Shown here piece by piece: positions 1 to 13,342 of a stretch of 32,000 nucleotides of DNA. The DNA is from Phycisphaera mikurensis NBRC 102666 (lineage in GTDB: Bacteria; Planctomycetota; Phycisphaerae; Phycisphaerales; Phycisphaeraceae). How positions within the stretch are numbered: position 1 is the stretch's first letter; each line of letters begins with the position of its first letter. The position numbers were made by a program, and so were the translations under genes. The stretch lies in NCBI RefSeq assembly GCF_000284115.1, contig NC_017080.1, positions 2,490,001-2,522,000 of the forward strand, written 5' to 3'. A model generated the notes under the pieces. That model searched no databases, was not told the DNA's origin, and saw only the letters and a program-made list of their open reading frames with translations.

Positions 1-1
1 G

Positions 2-1090
2 CTGGCGGCCCAGTTCGTCGGTTCCGGCGGGACGCCCTCCAATCCGCTCGCCAAGCGGGCTCGCGAACGGGGCTGGCTGCTGCAGGACGCGAGCGGGCGC
101 TACGCCAACGGGTCCAACGGCTTCGCCTGGATGAACCCGGCGGTCCCGGAGGTGCGGGAGCTGATCGTCGGCATCACGCTCGATTCGATCCGCCGCCACG
201 ACCTCGACGGCGTGCAGTTCGACGACCGGCTCGCCTGGCCGGCGGAGTTCGGCTTCGACGCGACGACGGCGGCGCTCTACCGCGAGCAGACCGGCCGGTC
301 GCTGCCCGCCCGCGCCGACGACGCGGCCTTCCGCTCCTGGAGGCAGGATCAGGTGACCACGCTCGCCCGCGAGATCAGCCGCGCGGTGCGGGCGGAGGCG
401 CCCGGGGTGCGGCTGAGCCTGAGCCCGTCGGTGACCGGCTTCAGCGACCGGGCCTACAACGCGCCCTGGACCCGGTGGCTGGAGGAAGGCCTCTTCGACG
501 AGTACGTCCCGCAGGTGTACCGGGCCGACCTCGCCGCCTACCGACAGGCGTTGACGCAGAACGCCGCCCCCTTCCAAGCCGGCGGCCGCCTCGGCGACCT
601 CGTGGTGGGCCTCCGCCTCAACGGCAGCGGGGCCGACACCGAGCTCGGCGTGCTCCGGCAGCAGATCGTCGACGCGGCGCTGCTGCCCGGCGGGGGCGCG
701 GCCGGCCACGCCATCTTCTACGCCAAGGGCGTGCTGGAGAACGCGGACGCGCTCGCCGCTTTCTACGGCGGCGAGCGGGATCCGCCCTTCTTCGCGAGCG
801 ACCGCCGGCCGCCGCCGCGGGTGGCCTCGCCCGACGCGGCGGACGGCCTCTGGCGCGTCGAGGTCGCGGAGTCGATGAGCTACCGCGTCGTGGCGGAGAT
901 CGCGGGGCGCTGGGTGGAGGTCGATCGTCGCTTCCTGGCCGCCGGACCGGCGAGCTTCGCGGTCCCCGGCGCCACGGCGGTGGAGCTGCTGGTCGACCGG
1001 CGGGCCCGCCACGCGGTCCCCGAGCCGGCGGCGGCCGCCGTGCTGCTGCTCGCGCCGGCGCTGGTCGCGCGGCGGCGCCGCGCGGCCTGA
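2..1090 (+). CDS. Glycoside hydrolase-like family 10 (GHL10/YngK-like) protein, 5' end cut by window edge, with C-terminal PEP-CTERM-type tail
   Basis: Frame 2 is open from nt 2, so the listed ORF 131-1090 is only the Met-initiated part. The core ...GFAWMNPAVPEVRELIVGITLDSIRRHDLDGVQFDDRLAWP... resembles the GHL10 pattern (W.NP..PEVR...DG..DD). The protein ends VPEP-AAAAVLLLAPALVA-RRRRAA. Confidence 0.7.
   Translation: MAAQFVGSGGTPSNPLAKRARERGWLLQDASGRYANGSNGFAWMNPAVPEVRELIVGITLDSIRRHDLDGVQFDDRLAWPAEFGFDATTAALYREQTGRSLPARADDAAFRSWRQDQVTTLAREISRAVRAEAPGVRLSLSPSVTGFSDRAYNAPWTRWLEEGLFDEYVPQVYRADLAAYRQALTQNAAPFQAGGRLGDLVVGLRLNGSGADTELGVLRQQIVDAALLPGGGAAGHAIFYAKGVLENADALAAFYGGERDPPFFASDRRPPPRVASPDAADGLWRVEVAESMSYRVVAEIAGRWVEVDRRFLAAGPASFAVPGATAVELLVDRRARHAVPEPAAAAVLLLAPALVARRRRAA
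1016..1087 (+). other. PEP-CTERM-like sorting signal (VPEP, hydrophobic helix, Arg cluster)
   Basis: The last 24 aa are VPEPAAAAVLLLAPALVARRRRAA. This gives the P-E-P motif, about 14 hydrophobic residues, then RRRR directly before the stop at 1088-1090. Confidence 0.6.
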
Positions 1091-1153
1091 ATCCGCGGAT
1101 CGCGGGCTCCGCCGCCCCGCGGCGGCCGCGGTCCGCGGCGCCGGCCGGCCGCT

Positions 1154-1627
1154 TCAGCGGCTGGGCAGCTCGGCGAACTCCAGGTAGAGGCGGAAGAGGT
1201 CGCCGAGCATCCGCGTGAGCTCGTCGGCGGCGAAGGGCTTCACGAGGTAGAGGTTGCAACCCGCCGCGTAGCTCTCGTCCACGTCCCAAGGGGCGGTGCT
1301 GGTCGTGAACATCACCACCGGCAGGCGGGCGTACCGCTCGTCGCCGCGGAGCTCGCGGAGGAACTGCTTGCCGTCGAGCCGCGGCATGTTGACATCGAGG
1401 AGGATCAGGCTCGGCCGCGGGAGCGGGCCGGACACCCTCTTGTCGGCGCCGCGGTTGCGGAGCAGGTCGAGCGCCTCCAGGCCGTCCATCGCCTCGACGA
1501 CGTCCAGCGGGCGTTGCAGGCTGGCGATCGCCATCCGCGCCAGCTCGCGGTCGTCGGGGTTGTCGTCAACGAGCAGAACCACCGGTCGCGGAGGCTCGAC
1601 GGCGGGCTTCGGGTACGTCTGCGTCAT
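1154..1627 (-). CDS. Stand-alone response regulator receiver (CheY-like, no output domain)
   Basis: ATG at 1627-1625. Receiver hallmarks are present: VLLVDDNPDD (acidic pocket), LILLDVNMPRLDG (phospho-acceptor Asp), VVMFTTS and LVKP. At 157 aa there is no DNA-binding domain. Confidence 0.9.
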   Translation of the reverse strand: MTQTYPKPAVEPPRPVVLLVDDNPDDRELARMAIASLQRPLDVVEAMDGLEALDLLRNRGADKRVSGPLPRPSLILLDVNMPRLDGKQFLRELRGDERYARLPVVMFTTSTAPWDVDESYAAGCNLYLVKPFAADELTRMLGDLFRLYLEFAELPSR

Positions 1628-1695
1628 CGGGAACCGCTTCGGAGGAACCGTCGGGCGGCCGAGGGCACCTCCTGACTGGCCCGGAGCAGGGGAGT

Positions 1696-3921
1696 CTAGC
1701 GGCTGGAGCCGCCGCGTCGCCGGGCCGCGGGCAGCTCCACCAGGAAGCGGGTTGGCATCTCGTCGCCTTCGTCGCGCTCCGCCCAGACGCGGCTGCCGTG
1801 CCGCGAAAGCACCCGCCGGACGATCGAGAGGCCGACGCCCGACCCGGGGGAAGACTGCGGGTGGAAGCGGCTGAACGGCTCGAACAGACGCTCCGCCGCC
1901 TCGGGCGGGAAGCCCACGCCGCGATCCGCCACGACGATGCGGACCGATCCGGCGGGAGCCCCGGGCTCGGGCCGCACCCGGACCGTCGGCGGCGCGTCGC
2001 CGGCGTACTTGATCGCGTTGTGGACGAGGTTCTGGAAGGCCTGCCTCAGCATCGTCTCGTCGCCGATCACCTGGGGCAGCGGCTCCACCCGCACGTCCGC
2101 GCCCAGCCGGGTGATCTCGGCGGCCAGGTCCTCGAGAACCTCCACCAGGACCGCGTCGAGGTCCACCGCCGAGGTCCGCAGCACGCCGCGGCCCACGCTG
2201 GCGAAGGCGAGCAGCGAGTCGAGCAGGTCCGCCATCCGCCCGCCCGCCCGCTGGATCCTCTCGAGGTGCTGGCGGGCTTCCTCGTCGTGAGCGACGGCGG
2301 GGCCGAGGAGGCCGACGAAGCCGATGATGGTCCGCAGCGGGCTCCGCAGGTCGTGGCTGGCGACGTGGGCGAACTGATCGAGTTCCCGGTTGCGGCCGGC
2401 CAGCTCCTCGAGCCGGTCCTCCAGTTCCGCGGTCCGCTCCGCGACCTGGTGCTCCAGCTCGAGCTTGCTCCGCTCCAGCGCGGCGCGGGTCTCGTGGCGG
2501 TCGGTCGCGTCGACGGCCGTGCCGACGTGGCCGATCAGGCGGCCGTCGCGGGTCAGCCGCGGGCGGCAGTACAGCAGCATCCAGCGGGTGGCCCCGGTGG
2601 CGTCGGTGAGCTGGACCTCGTGCTCGAAGCTCGCGCGGGCGGACGGGGCGTCCGGAGCGGCGGGAGCGGCGGGCGCCCGCGACGCCGCGGACGCCTCGGA
2701 CGCGCCCGCACCGGCCGCCGGGTCGCCGCCGCGCCGGTCCCGGTCCAGGCGGAGGATGCAGCGATGGAGCGTCCGCCGGCCCTGGATGCCGCTCCGCCCC
2801 GAGCCGAAGAAGCGTTCCAGCTCCGGGTTCAGCCAGACGGTCTTGGCGTCGATCCCGCTCATCCAGAGCATCAACGGCGACCGCCTCGCGAGGTCCATGA
2901 AGCGGCTCTCCGACTCCCGTCGCAGCTCGCCTTCCTCCTCCAGCTGCCCCTCCAGCCGCCTCGCCCGCGCGGCCAGCTCCCGCTCGGCGGTCTTCGCCGC
3001 GTGCACGTCGAGGTGGAGCCCGGCCATGCGCAACGGCTTCCCGTCCGCGTCGCGGCGCACCGCCTCGCCGACCGTGCGGATCCAGTGCCAGTGGCCGTCG
3101 GCGTGCCGCAGCCGCACGGTCCGGTCCAGCCGCGGCTCGCGGTTGTCCAGCACCGCGGCGAGGTGCGACTCGAAGCCGGGGAGATCATCGGGATGCATCT
3201 CATCCTGGACCTCGCTCGGATGCGAGGCCTCCGGCGGCGGCTTCTTGCCGCGGATCGCCCAGCAACGCTCGCTGAAGTCGATGTAGCCCTTCCCGCCCTC
3301 AGGGTCGGCTTCCCAGGTCCAGGTCCCGCCGTCGGCGGCTTCGAGCGCGAGCTCCAGCTGCTCCTGCCGGGACATCGCGGCCGTCACCTCCACCGCGAAG
3401 CCGCCGGCGACCCGCTCCTCCGGGGAACCCGCAGCGAACGGAAACTTCACGACGAGCCAAGCCCGGGAGACGCCGTCCGCCGCGGTGACGCGCTCGACGC
3501 CCTGGAACGCGGCGTTGGATTGCATCACCTCGCGGTCGTGGCCGCGGACCCGCTTGAGCTCGTCCGGGGCCATGCCCAGCGCCGAATCGGGGTGGCCGAT
3601 GACGTCGCCGGCGCGGCCCGCGAAGCCGAAGCGCTCCAGCAGCTTGGGGTTCGCGTAGCGGTGCACCCCGGCGGCGTCCTTCACCCAGGTCACCACCGGG
3701 AGCGCCGCGAGGAAGCGCAGCGCGTCCTCGCCCGAGAAGCCGCCGCCCGCTCCGCCCGCGGGCCGGTCCACGCTCGTCTCCTCGGGCCCCGCGCCACGCT
3801 CCGCCGCCAGCCGCCTCCGGGCCTCGTCGAGCTCCCGCTCCAGCTCCCGGACCCGCCGCTCCGCCTCCGCGAGGCGGTCCGTCGCTGCACCGTCGTTCTG
3901 GCCAGGATCTTGGCCCTCCAT
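1696..3921 (-). CDS. Cytoplasmic PAS-domain sensor histidine kinase (coiled-coil N-terminus, multiple PAS, HisKA, HATPase_c)
   Basis: ATG at 3921-3919. H-box FAHVASHDLRSPLRTIIGF. N/G boxes: LVHNAIKY, VADRGVGF, GSGVGLSIV. PAS-like repeats (W.W......Y.S......G) are present. I saw no hydrophobic TM segment. Confidence 0.9.
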   Translation of the reverse strand: MEGQDPGQNDGAATDRLAEAERRVRELERELDEARRRLAAERGAGPEETSVDRPAGGAGGGFSGEDALRFLAALPVVTWVKDAAGVHRYANPKLLERFGFAGRAGDVIGHPDSALGMAPDELKRVRGHDREVMQSNAAFQGVERVTAADGVSRAWLVVKFPFAAGSPEERVAGGFAVEVTAAMSRQEQLELALEAADGGTWTWEADPEGGKGYIDFSERCWAIRGKKPPPEASHPSEVQDEMHPDDLPGFESHLAAVLDNREPRLDRTVRLRHADGHWHWIRTVGEAVRRDADGKPLRMAGLHLDVHAAKTAERELAARARRLEGQLEEEGELRRESESRFMDLARRSPLMLWMSGIDAKTVWLNPELERFFGSGRSGIQGRRTLHRCILRLDRDRRGGDPAAGAGASEASAASRAPAAPAAPDAPSARASFEHEVQLTDATGATRWMLLYCRPRLTRDGRLIGHVGTAVDATDRHETRAALERSKLELEHQVAERTAELEDRLEELAGRNRELDQFAHVASHDLRSPLRTIIGFVGLLGPAVAHDEEARQHLERIQRAGGRMADLLDSLLAFASVGRGVLRTSAVDLDAVLVEVLEDLAAEITRLGADVRVEPLPQVIGDETMLRQAFQNLVHNAIKYAGDAPPTVRVRPEPGAPAGSVRIVVADRGVGFPPEAAERLFEPFSRFHPQSSPGSGVGLSIVRRVLSRHGSRVWAERDEGDEMPTRFLVELPAARRRGGSSR

Positions 3922-3923
3922 GG

Positions 3924-6900
3924 CTAGACGCTAGCGGGAAGGGGCGTGGCCGACGCCCGGTACGGGCGGAACGGCACCGCGGTGCCGCGGTCTTCGCGGA
4001 ACACCAGCCCGCGGAGCGGACCCAACCCCGCCGCGTCGGTGGCGTCGGTCAGCGCCGCGGAGTCGTTCGACGACATCTGGAAGAGCACCCGCGTGTTGAA
4101 GGCGCGGAGCCCCGCCCGCCCGACCGCCGACTCCAGCGCGTCCGCCCCGTCGGCGAGGAGCAGCAGGTGCAGCCCGCAGGCGGCGCCGCGCTCGACGAGG
4201 TCGGCGAGCGCGGCGCCGGGTGCCACCGCCTCGGCCGCCTCCGCTTCGCCGGGCTCGTCGTCGAAGGACGGCAGCGCGAAGGCCTCCTCCTCGGGTTCGA
4301 GCCCGCGGATCCGCTCGACCCCGAAGAGGGCGAGGACCGCCGCCGCCTCTTCGGCGTCCCCCTCCGCCTCCCGCCGCAGCAGCTCCGCGTGGAAGGCGGC
4401 CAGCGCATCCGCGGCGCGGGCTCCGCCGACCGCCCGCGTCCCGGACGGACCCGCCGCGCGGACCCGCTCGTCGAGGCCGTCGACGCCGCCGCCGAGCACC
4501 GCCCACAGCGGCGGCAAGCCGTCCGCGGGAGCCGACGGCGGGAACTGCGGCGCCAGGCACGCCGCCGCGTTGAGCAACAGGTCCCGCCGGTCGCCCTCGC
4601 CGCCGCCGGCGGCGGCGATGTGGCCGTTGCGGACGCGCTCCAGCCGCACGGCCACCGGCCCGGAGAGCGCGATCGGCTCACCCACCCAGAAGACCGGCTC
4701 CGCCGGGCCGGCGTCCGGCGGCGAAGCCTCCCGCAGGCGACGCAGCTCGGCGTTGTCGCCGAGGTCGGCCGCGGCTCCGCCCTCGAAGACCACCGGCCCG
4801 GGGGCTGGCTTCCCGCCCGCCCGCGACTCCGCCAGCTCGCGGATGCCCGCCAGCACCTCCGCCTGCTCGCCCTCGGGCAGCCACGCCACCTGGAAGCGTC
4901 TGTTCGCCTCCACCTCGCCGCCCCGGTCGTTGTGGATCGCTTCGCCCGGGCGGACCAGCGTGCCGGCGGCGGGGTTGTCGTCGCCGAGGATCAGCTGGCT
5001 GTCGGCTTCGTTGCAGGCGAGGGCGATCCGCACGGCCATCTGCCCCAGCGTGCCGCGGGCCAGCTGGGCGGCGCCGCTGAGCGACTGGCTGCCCAGGACG
5101 GCGTGCATCCCGAAGGCACGGCCCTGACGCACGAGACGGTCGAGCAGCGCCGCGGCGTCCTGGGCGATGCGGTCCTCCCGCGCGAACAGCTCCTGGAACT
5201 CGTCCACGATGAGCAGCGTGCGGGGCATGCGGGCGCCGCCGCTCTCCGACGACTTCGCGCGGTACCCGGCGAGTCCGGCCACCCCCGCGTCGCGGAACAG
5301 GCGCCCCCGCTCGTCCATCTGCTCGTCGAGCTTCCGCAGGATCGCGAGCCCGAAGGCGCGGTCGCTCTCGACCGCGACCGCCCGCGCGTGCGGAAGCCGG
5401 TGCAGCCCGTAGGGCTTGAACTCGACCCCCTTCTTGAAGTCGATGAGGTACAGCTCGACCTCCTCGGGCGGGTAGCAGAGGCACAGGTTCGTCGCGAGCA
5501 CGTGCAGCAACGAGCTCTTGCCCGAGCCGGTCTTGCCCGCGATCAGGGCGTGCTGCGCGACGCCTTCGCCGAGCCGGAAACGCTCCAGCCGCGCCGCGCC
5601 GGACCGCCCCATCGGGACCTCGATCCGATCGGTCGCGTCGGCCGTCCAGCGTTCGGACTCCGCGGGCGCCACCTCCGCGAAGCCGACCGCCACCCGGTCC
5701 GCCCGCTTCGCGGCCTCGCCGACCGCCCGGACCAGCGACGTCGCCCGGGCGGCGGAGGGCGCGGGCTCGGGCTCCACCGCCCGGCCGTCGTACGCCGGCG
5801 TCTGGGCCAGCTCGAGGTCGCGGACCGCCGAAGGGGGGAGGCCCTCGCAGCCGGCGGGCAGCGGCTCGTCGGTGTCTCGCGACAGCGCCAGGAACACGCC
5901 GCACCGCGGGCCCGACGCCGCGAGGTTCTCGAGGCGGGCGGCGGCCTCGGGGCTGAAGCCGTGCGGGTAATCGGCGACGACCAGCAGGCGGTACGGCTCG
6001 GCGAGCGGGCCGGCGTGGGCGTTGAACGCCTCGACGTCGTCGTGCTCGTTGCGGAGCCGGTCCTGGATCACCACCGCGACGTGCTCGGTCAGCTCCGCGA
6101 GCTGGGCGTCGAGGTCTCGCGGCTCGCTCCAGATGCGGCCGCCGACCAGGCGGGGGTCGGCGTCGGCGAGGTGCATGAGGGCGGCGAAGCTCTCGCCCAG
6201 CCCCACCGGATCCAGCAGCGTCAGCCGCACCCGGCCCGGCGGCTGGGTCGTCAGCCACCGCAGCACCGCGGCGCGGAGGATCCCCACCGCACGCTCCCGC
6301 TCCGCGGCCGGCGCGGCCACCCGCAGAGACCGCGGCTCACCGGAACCCACCGGGCCCAGCACCGCCGGCACCGCGAGGCGTTCGGGCAGCGGCGGCAGCC
6401 CCGCGGGCCAGTCGATGCCGCCGAGCAGCTCGGCGCGGTCGACCTCGTGCGTCCCCAGGCGGACGGGACCGGCGCACGCCGCGGGCGGCGACCAGCCGCT
6501 CCACGCACCGTCCTCCCAGGGCGGGCACGCGGCGTCGGCCGCGTCCCGCAACCGGTCCAGCTCCGCGGTGACCGCGTGCAGCCCGCGGACCGCGTCCTCG
6601 CGGACCGCGATCCGCCGGCGGTCCGCGGATCCGGCGGCCCGGGCCGCGTCGCGGTCGCGGCGGGCGTCGGTGACCCGTTGCCGCTTCTGCTCCCGGGCGG
6701 CGAGGCCTGCCGCCGCCGCCTCCGCCGCCGCCGCGGCGTTCGCTTGGCGTCGGCCCGCCGAGGAGCCCACGCCCTGTTTCCGCACGCGGACCGCGTCCGC
6801 CAGCCGGCCGAGCCTCTCCAGGTTCGCCGCCTTCAAGCGCTCGATCTGCGGGCCGTGCTTCTCCTGCGTCTCGGCGAAGGCCGCGTCGCGGGCCGCGCGG

Positions 6901-7937
6901 GCCTCGCGGGCCTTGCGCTTGAGCCGCTCGAGCACGGCCCGGCCGCCGGCGGAAAGGGCCGCCGCGGACGCCGACCGCGCGGCCGCCGCCTCGCCCGCCA
7001 GCACCTCCACCCGCCGACGCGCCGCCCGCCGCAGCGGCCAGCCGGCCGCCACCGCCGCCATCAACGCGAGCAATCCGCCGAGCACCGCGCCCAGCGCCTG
7101 CGCCGCGAGGTCCGCCGACAGGCCCTGCGCGGCGGCGAAGCCGGAGAGGAAGCCGGGCAGCCGATCGCCGCGCTCGGCGGTCGCGATGGCGCCGCCGACG
7201 GCCCCCACCGCCGCGAGCCCCGCCGCCGCGAGCCAGGGCCCGGGCCCGACGAACAGCTCCGGCAGCACCAGCTTCTGCAGGCGGATGCGCGTCGCCTCGG
7301 CCCGCGCCAGCGCCGCATCGGTCGCCGACCAGGGATCCGCCGCGTCGGCGTCGGTGTTGGTGTCGGCGTCTTCGTCCGCGCTGGCTTCGGCTTCGTGGCC
7401 CCCGCTGCCGGCGAGGCGGCCGACCGAGGCGAAGCGGAGCCGCTTGAGCTCCTGCTCGGTCGCCGCCTTCTCCGCCACCCGCCGGGCCTGCCGCTCGGCC
7501 GCCGCACGCTCCGCCGCCGCCTTCTGCCGCTTGAGATCGGTGCTGGTCCCCTCGTAGACGCTGCCCGCCACCCAGCGCTCGTGCTCGAGCTCACGCTCCA
7601 GGACGCTGACCCGCCGGTCGGTCTGCTCCTGCAGCCGACGCCGCGCCCGCGCGGCCCGCGCCCGCAGCCCCGCCTCGTCCTCGGTCGCCGCCGCCTCGGC
7701 GGCCGCGGCCGCGGTCTCCGCGTGCCCGGCCGCCGCGGCGCGTGCCCGCTTCGCCCGACGCTGCGCCCGCTGCGAGGTCTCGCGGTGACGCGCCGCCACC
7801 GCCGCGGTCTCGCGTTGCCCGTCGGCCTCGGCCTCGGCCCAGGCCCGGGCCGCCGCGGCCACGACCTCCTTGAGCTCGGCGAGGAGGGCGCCGGCCGACC
7901 GCAGCGGCCGAGAGGGAGAATTCACGTCATCCGTCAC
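3924..7937 (-). CDS. Membrane-anchored, coiled-coil FtsK/SpoIIIE-family ATPase with three P-loop-type modules (EccC/EssC-like architecture)
   Basis: GTG start at 7937-7935; stop (cta) at 3924-3926. Walker A IAGKTGSGKSSLLHVL lies at nt 5514-5537. ELYLIDFKKGVEF follows. Walker B LLIVDEFQELF lies at nt 5193-5216. GMHAVLGSQS and RIALACNEADSQLILG complete the module. Degenerate modules flank it. There are two hydrophobic segments at aa ~226-300, and Ala/Arg/Glu-rich coiled-coil-like stretches at aa 1-225 and 305-470. Confidence 0.85.
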   Translation of the reverse strand: MTDDVNSPSRPLRSAGALLAELKEVVAAAARAWAEAEADGQRETAAVAARHRETSQRAQRRAKRARAAAAGHAETAAAAAEAAATEDEAGLRARAARARRRLQEQTDRRVSVLERELEHERWVAGSVYEGTSTDLKRQKAAAERAAAERQARRVAEKAATEQELKRLRFASVGRLAGSGGHEAEASADEDADTNTDADAADPWSATDAALARAEATRIRLQKLVLPELFVGPGPWLAAAGLAAVGAVGGAIATAERGDRLPGFLSGFAAAQGLSADLAAQALGAVLGGLLALMAAVAAGWPLRRAARRRVEVLAGEAAAARSASAAALSAGGRAVLERLKRKAREARAARDAAFAETQEKHGPQIERLKAANLERLGRLADAVRVRKQGVGSSAGRRQANAAAAAEAAAAGLAAREQKRQRVTDARRDRDAARAAGSADRRRIAVREDAVRGLHAVTAELDRLRDAADAACPPWEDGAWSGWSPPAACAGPVRLGTHEVDRAELLGGIDWPAGLPPLPERLAVPAVLGPVGSGEPRSLRVAAPAAERERAVGILRAAVLRWLTTQPPGRVRLTLLDPVGLGESFAALMHLADADPRLVGGRIWSEPRDLDAQLAELTEHVAVVIQDRLRNEHDDVEAFNAHAGPLAEPYRLLVVADYPHGFSPEAAARLENLAASGPRCGVFLALSRDTDEPLPAGCEGLPPSAVRDLELAQTPAYDGRAVEPEPAPSAARATSLVRAVGEAAKRADRVAVGFAEVAPAESERWTADATDRIEVPMGRSGAARLERFRLGEGVAQHALIAGKTGSGKSSLLHVLATNLCLCYPPEEVELYLIDFKKGVEFKPYGLHRLPHARAVAVESDRAFGLAILRKLDEQMDERGRLFRDAGVAGLAGYRAKSSESGGARMPRTLLIVDEFQELFAREDRIAQDAAALLDRLVRQGRAFGMHAVLGSQSLSGAAQLARGTLGQMAVRIALACNEADSQLILGDDNPAAGTLVRPGEAIHNDRGGEVEANRRFQVAWLPEGEQAEVLAGIRELAESRAGGKPAPGPVVFEGGAAADLGDNAELRRLREASPPDAGPAEPVFWVGEPIALSGPVAVRLERVRNGHIAAAGGGEGDRRDLLLNAAACLAPQFPPSAPADGLPPLWAVLGGGVDGLDERVRAAGPSGTRAVGGARAADALAAFHAELLRREAEGDAEEAAAVLALFGVERIRGLEPEEEAFALPSFDDEPGEAEAAEAVAPGAALADLVERGAACGLHLLLLADGADALESAVGRAGLRAFNTRVLFQMSSNDSAALTDATDAAGLGPLRGLVFREDRGTAVPFRPYRASATPLPASV

Positions 7938-7999
7938 GCGGAGAAGCTACCAACGCCGTGGCTCTCGTCGGGCGCGAAGGGCCGGAAGCCCCGCGGGGT

Positions 8000-12803
<4,804 letters not shown>

Positions 12804-13014
12804 CTGAACTCCGTGTCTTCTCGGCGGTCCGCGGCCGGGGGTGGGCCTGTGCCCCTGCCGCCCAGAGGGGCAGGCCGGAGCCGCGGATCGCTTCGAATGG
12901 TGGTGCCGGAGAGGGCAGCCGGGGGCTTGGAATGGGCGGCGGCGGCGGGGCCCACAAGGCCCCGGCGCGGGTGAATCGAAGAGCGTAGCGGGGCGCGGGC
13001 GGTACGCTGGAGGC

Positions 13015-13281
13015 ATGGCCGAGCCGCAGAACGAGCCGGACCGGGTGATCGGGGTCGTGCCGGCCTGGATGCAGCGCTGGGGCGTCGCGGAGGCTTGGAG
13101 CTTTGACGCCGTGGGTGTGGGTGGCGACCGGGACGAGCACGGGGTGGTGGTCCGCTTTGCCGATGGTCAGCCACGCGGCTACTACGCCCTCTGCGAAGCG
13201 GAAGCCGACCTCGCCGATCGGCTCGGGATCCGGGTCATGATGCTGACGCGGGGCGCCGTCGACGACTTGGTAGACCGCTAG
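13015..13281 (+). CDS. Small protein upstream of HepT; possible degenerate MntA-like (minimal nucleotidyltransferase) antitoxin
   Basis: ATG at 13015; 88 aa; lies 61 nt upstream of the DUF86 gene. There is a weak MNT-like layout: ...WGVAEAWSFDAVGVGGDRDEHGVVVRF...LADRLGIRVMMLTRG. The canonical G-S and hDhD motifs are not recognisable. The identity call is weak. Confidence 0.4.
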   Translation: MAEPQNEPDRVIGVVPAWMQRWGVAEAWSFDAVGVGGDRDEHGVVVRFADGQPRGYYALCEAEADLADRLGIRVMMLTRGAVDDLVDR

Positions 13282-13342
13282 CGCCGCGACGCCATCGAGG
13301 GCAGCATGCGGCCCCTGACCCCCACCCACGGCCGGGCTGCGC

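Noticed and set aside
4291-4310. tRNA T-arm-like string cgggttcgagcccgcgg.
   Set aside because: It lies inside the FtsK-like coding sequence, the 5-bp T-stem does not close properly, and there is no acceptor/anticodon context. I found no convincing tRNA anywhere in the window.
3924-7937. Calling the locus a type VII secretion system or a conjugative/ICE module.
   Set aside because: Only the ATPase resembles EccC/EssC. No WXG100, EccB/D/E, EsaA/EssA/B, relaxase, integrase or T4SS genes occur in the window, so only the architecture is reported.
12804-13014. SAM-I (S-box) riboswitch call for the metY leader.
   Set aside because: GGUGCC-, GGAGAGGG- and GGAAU-like strings exist only on the non-metY strand, and in the wrong order for SAM-I. 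I kept this only as an unclassified structured leader.
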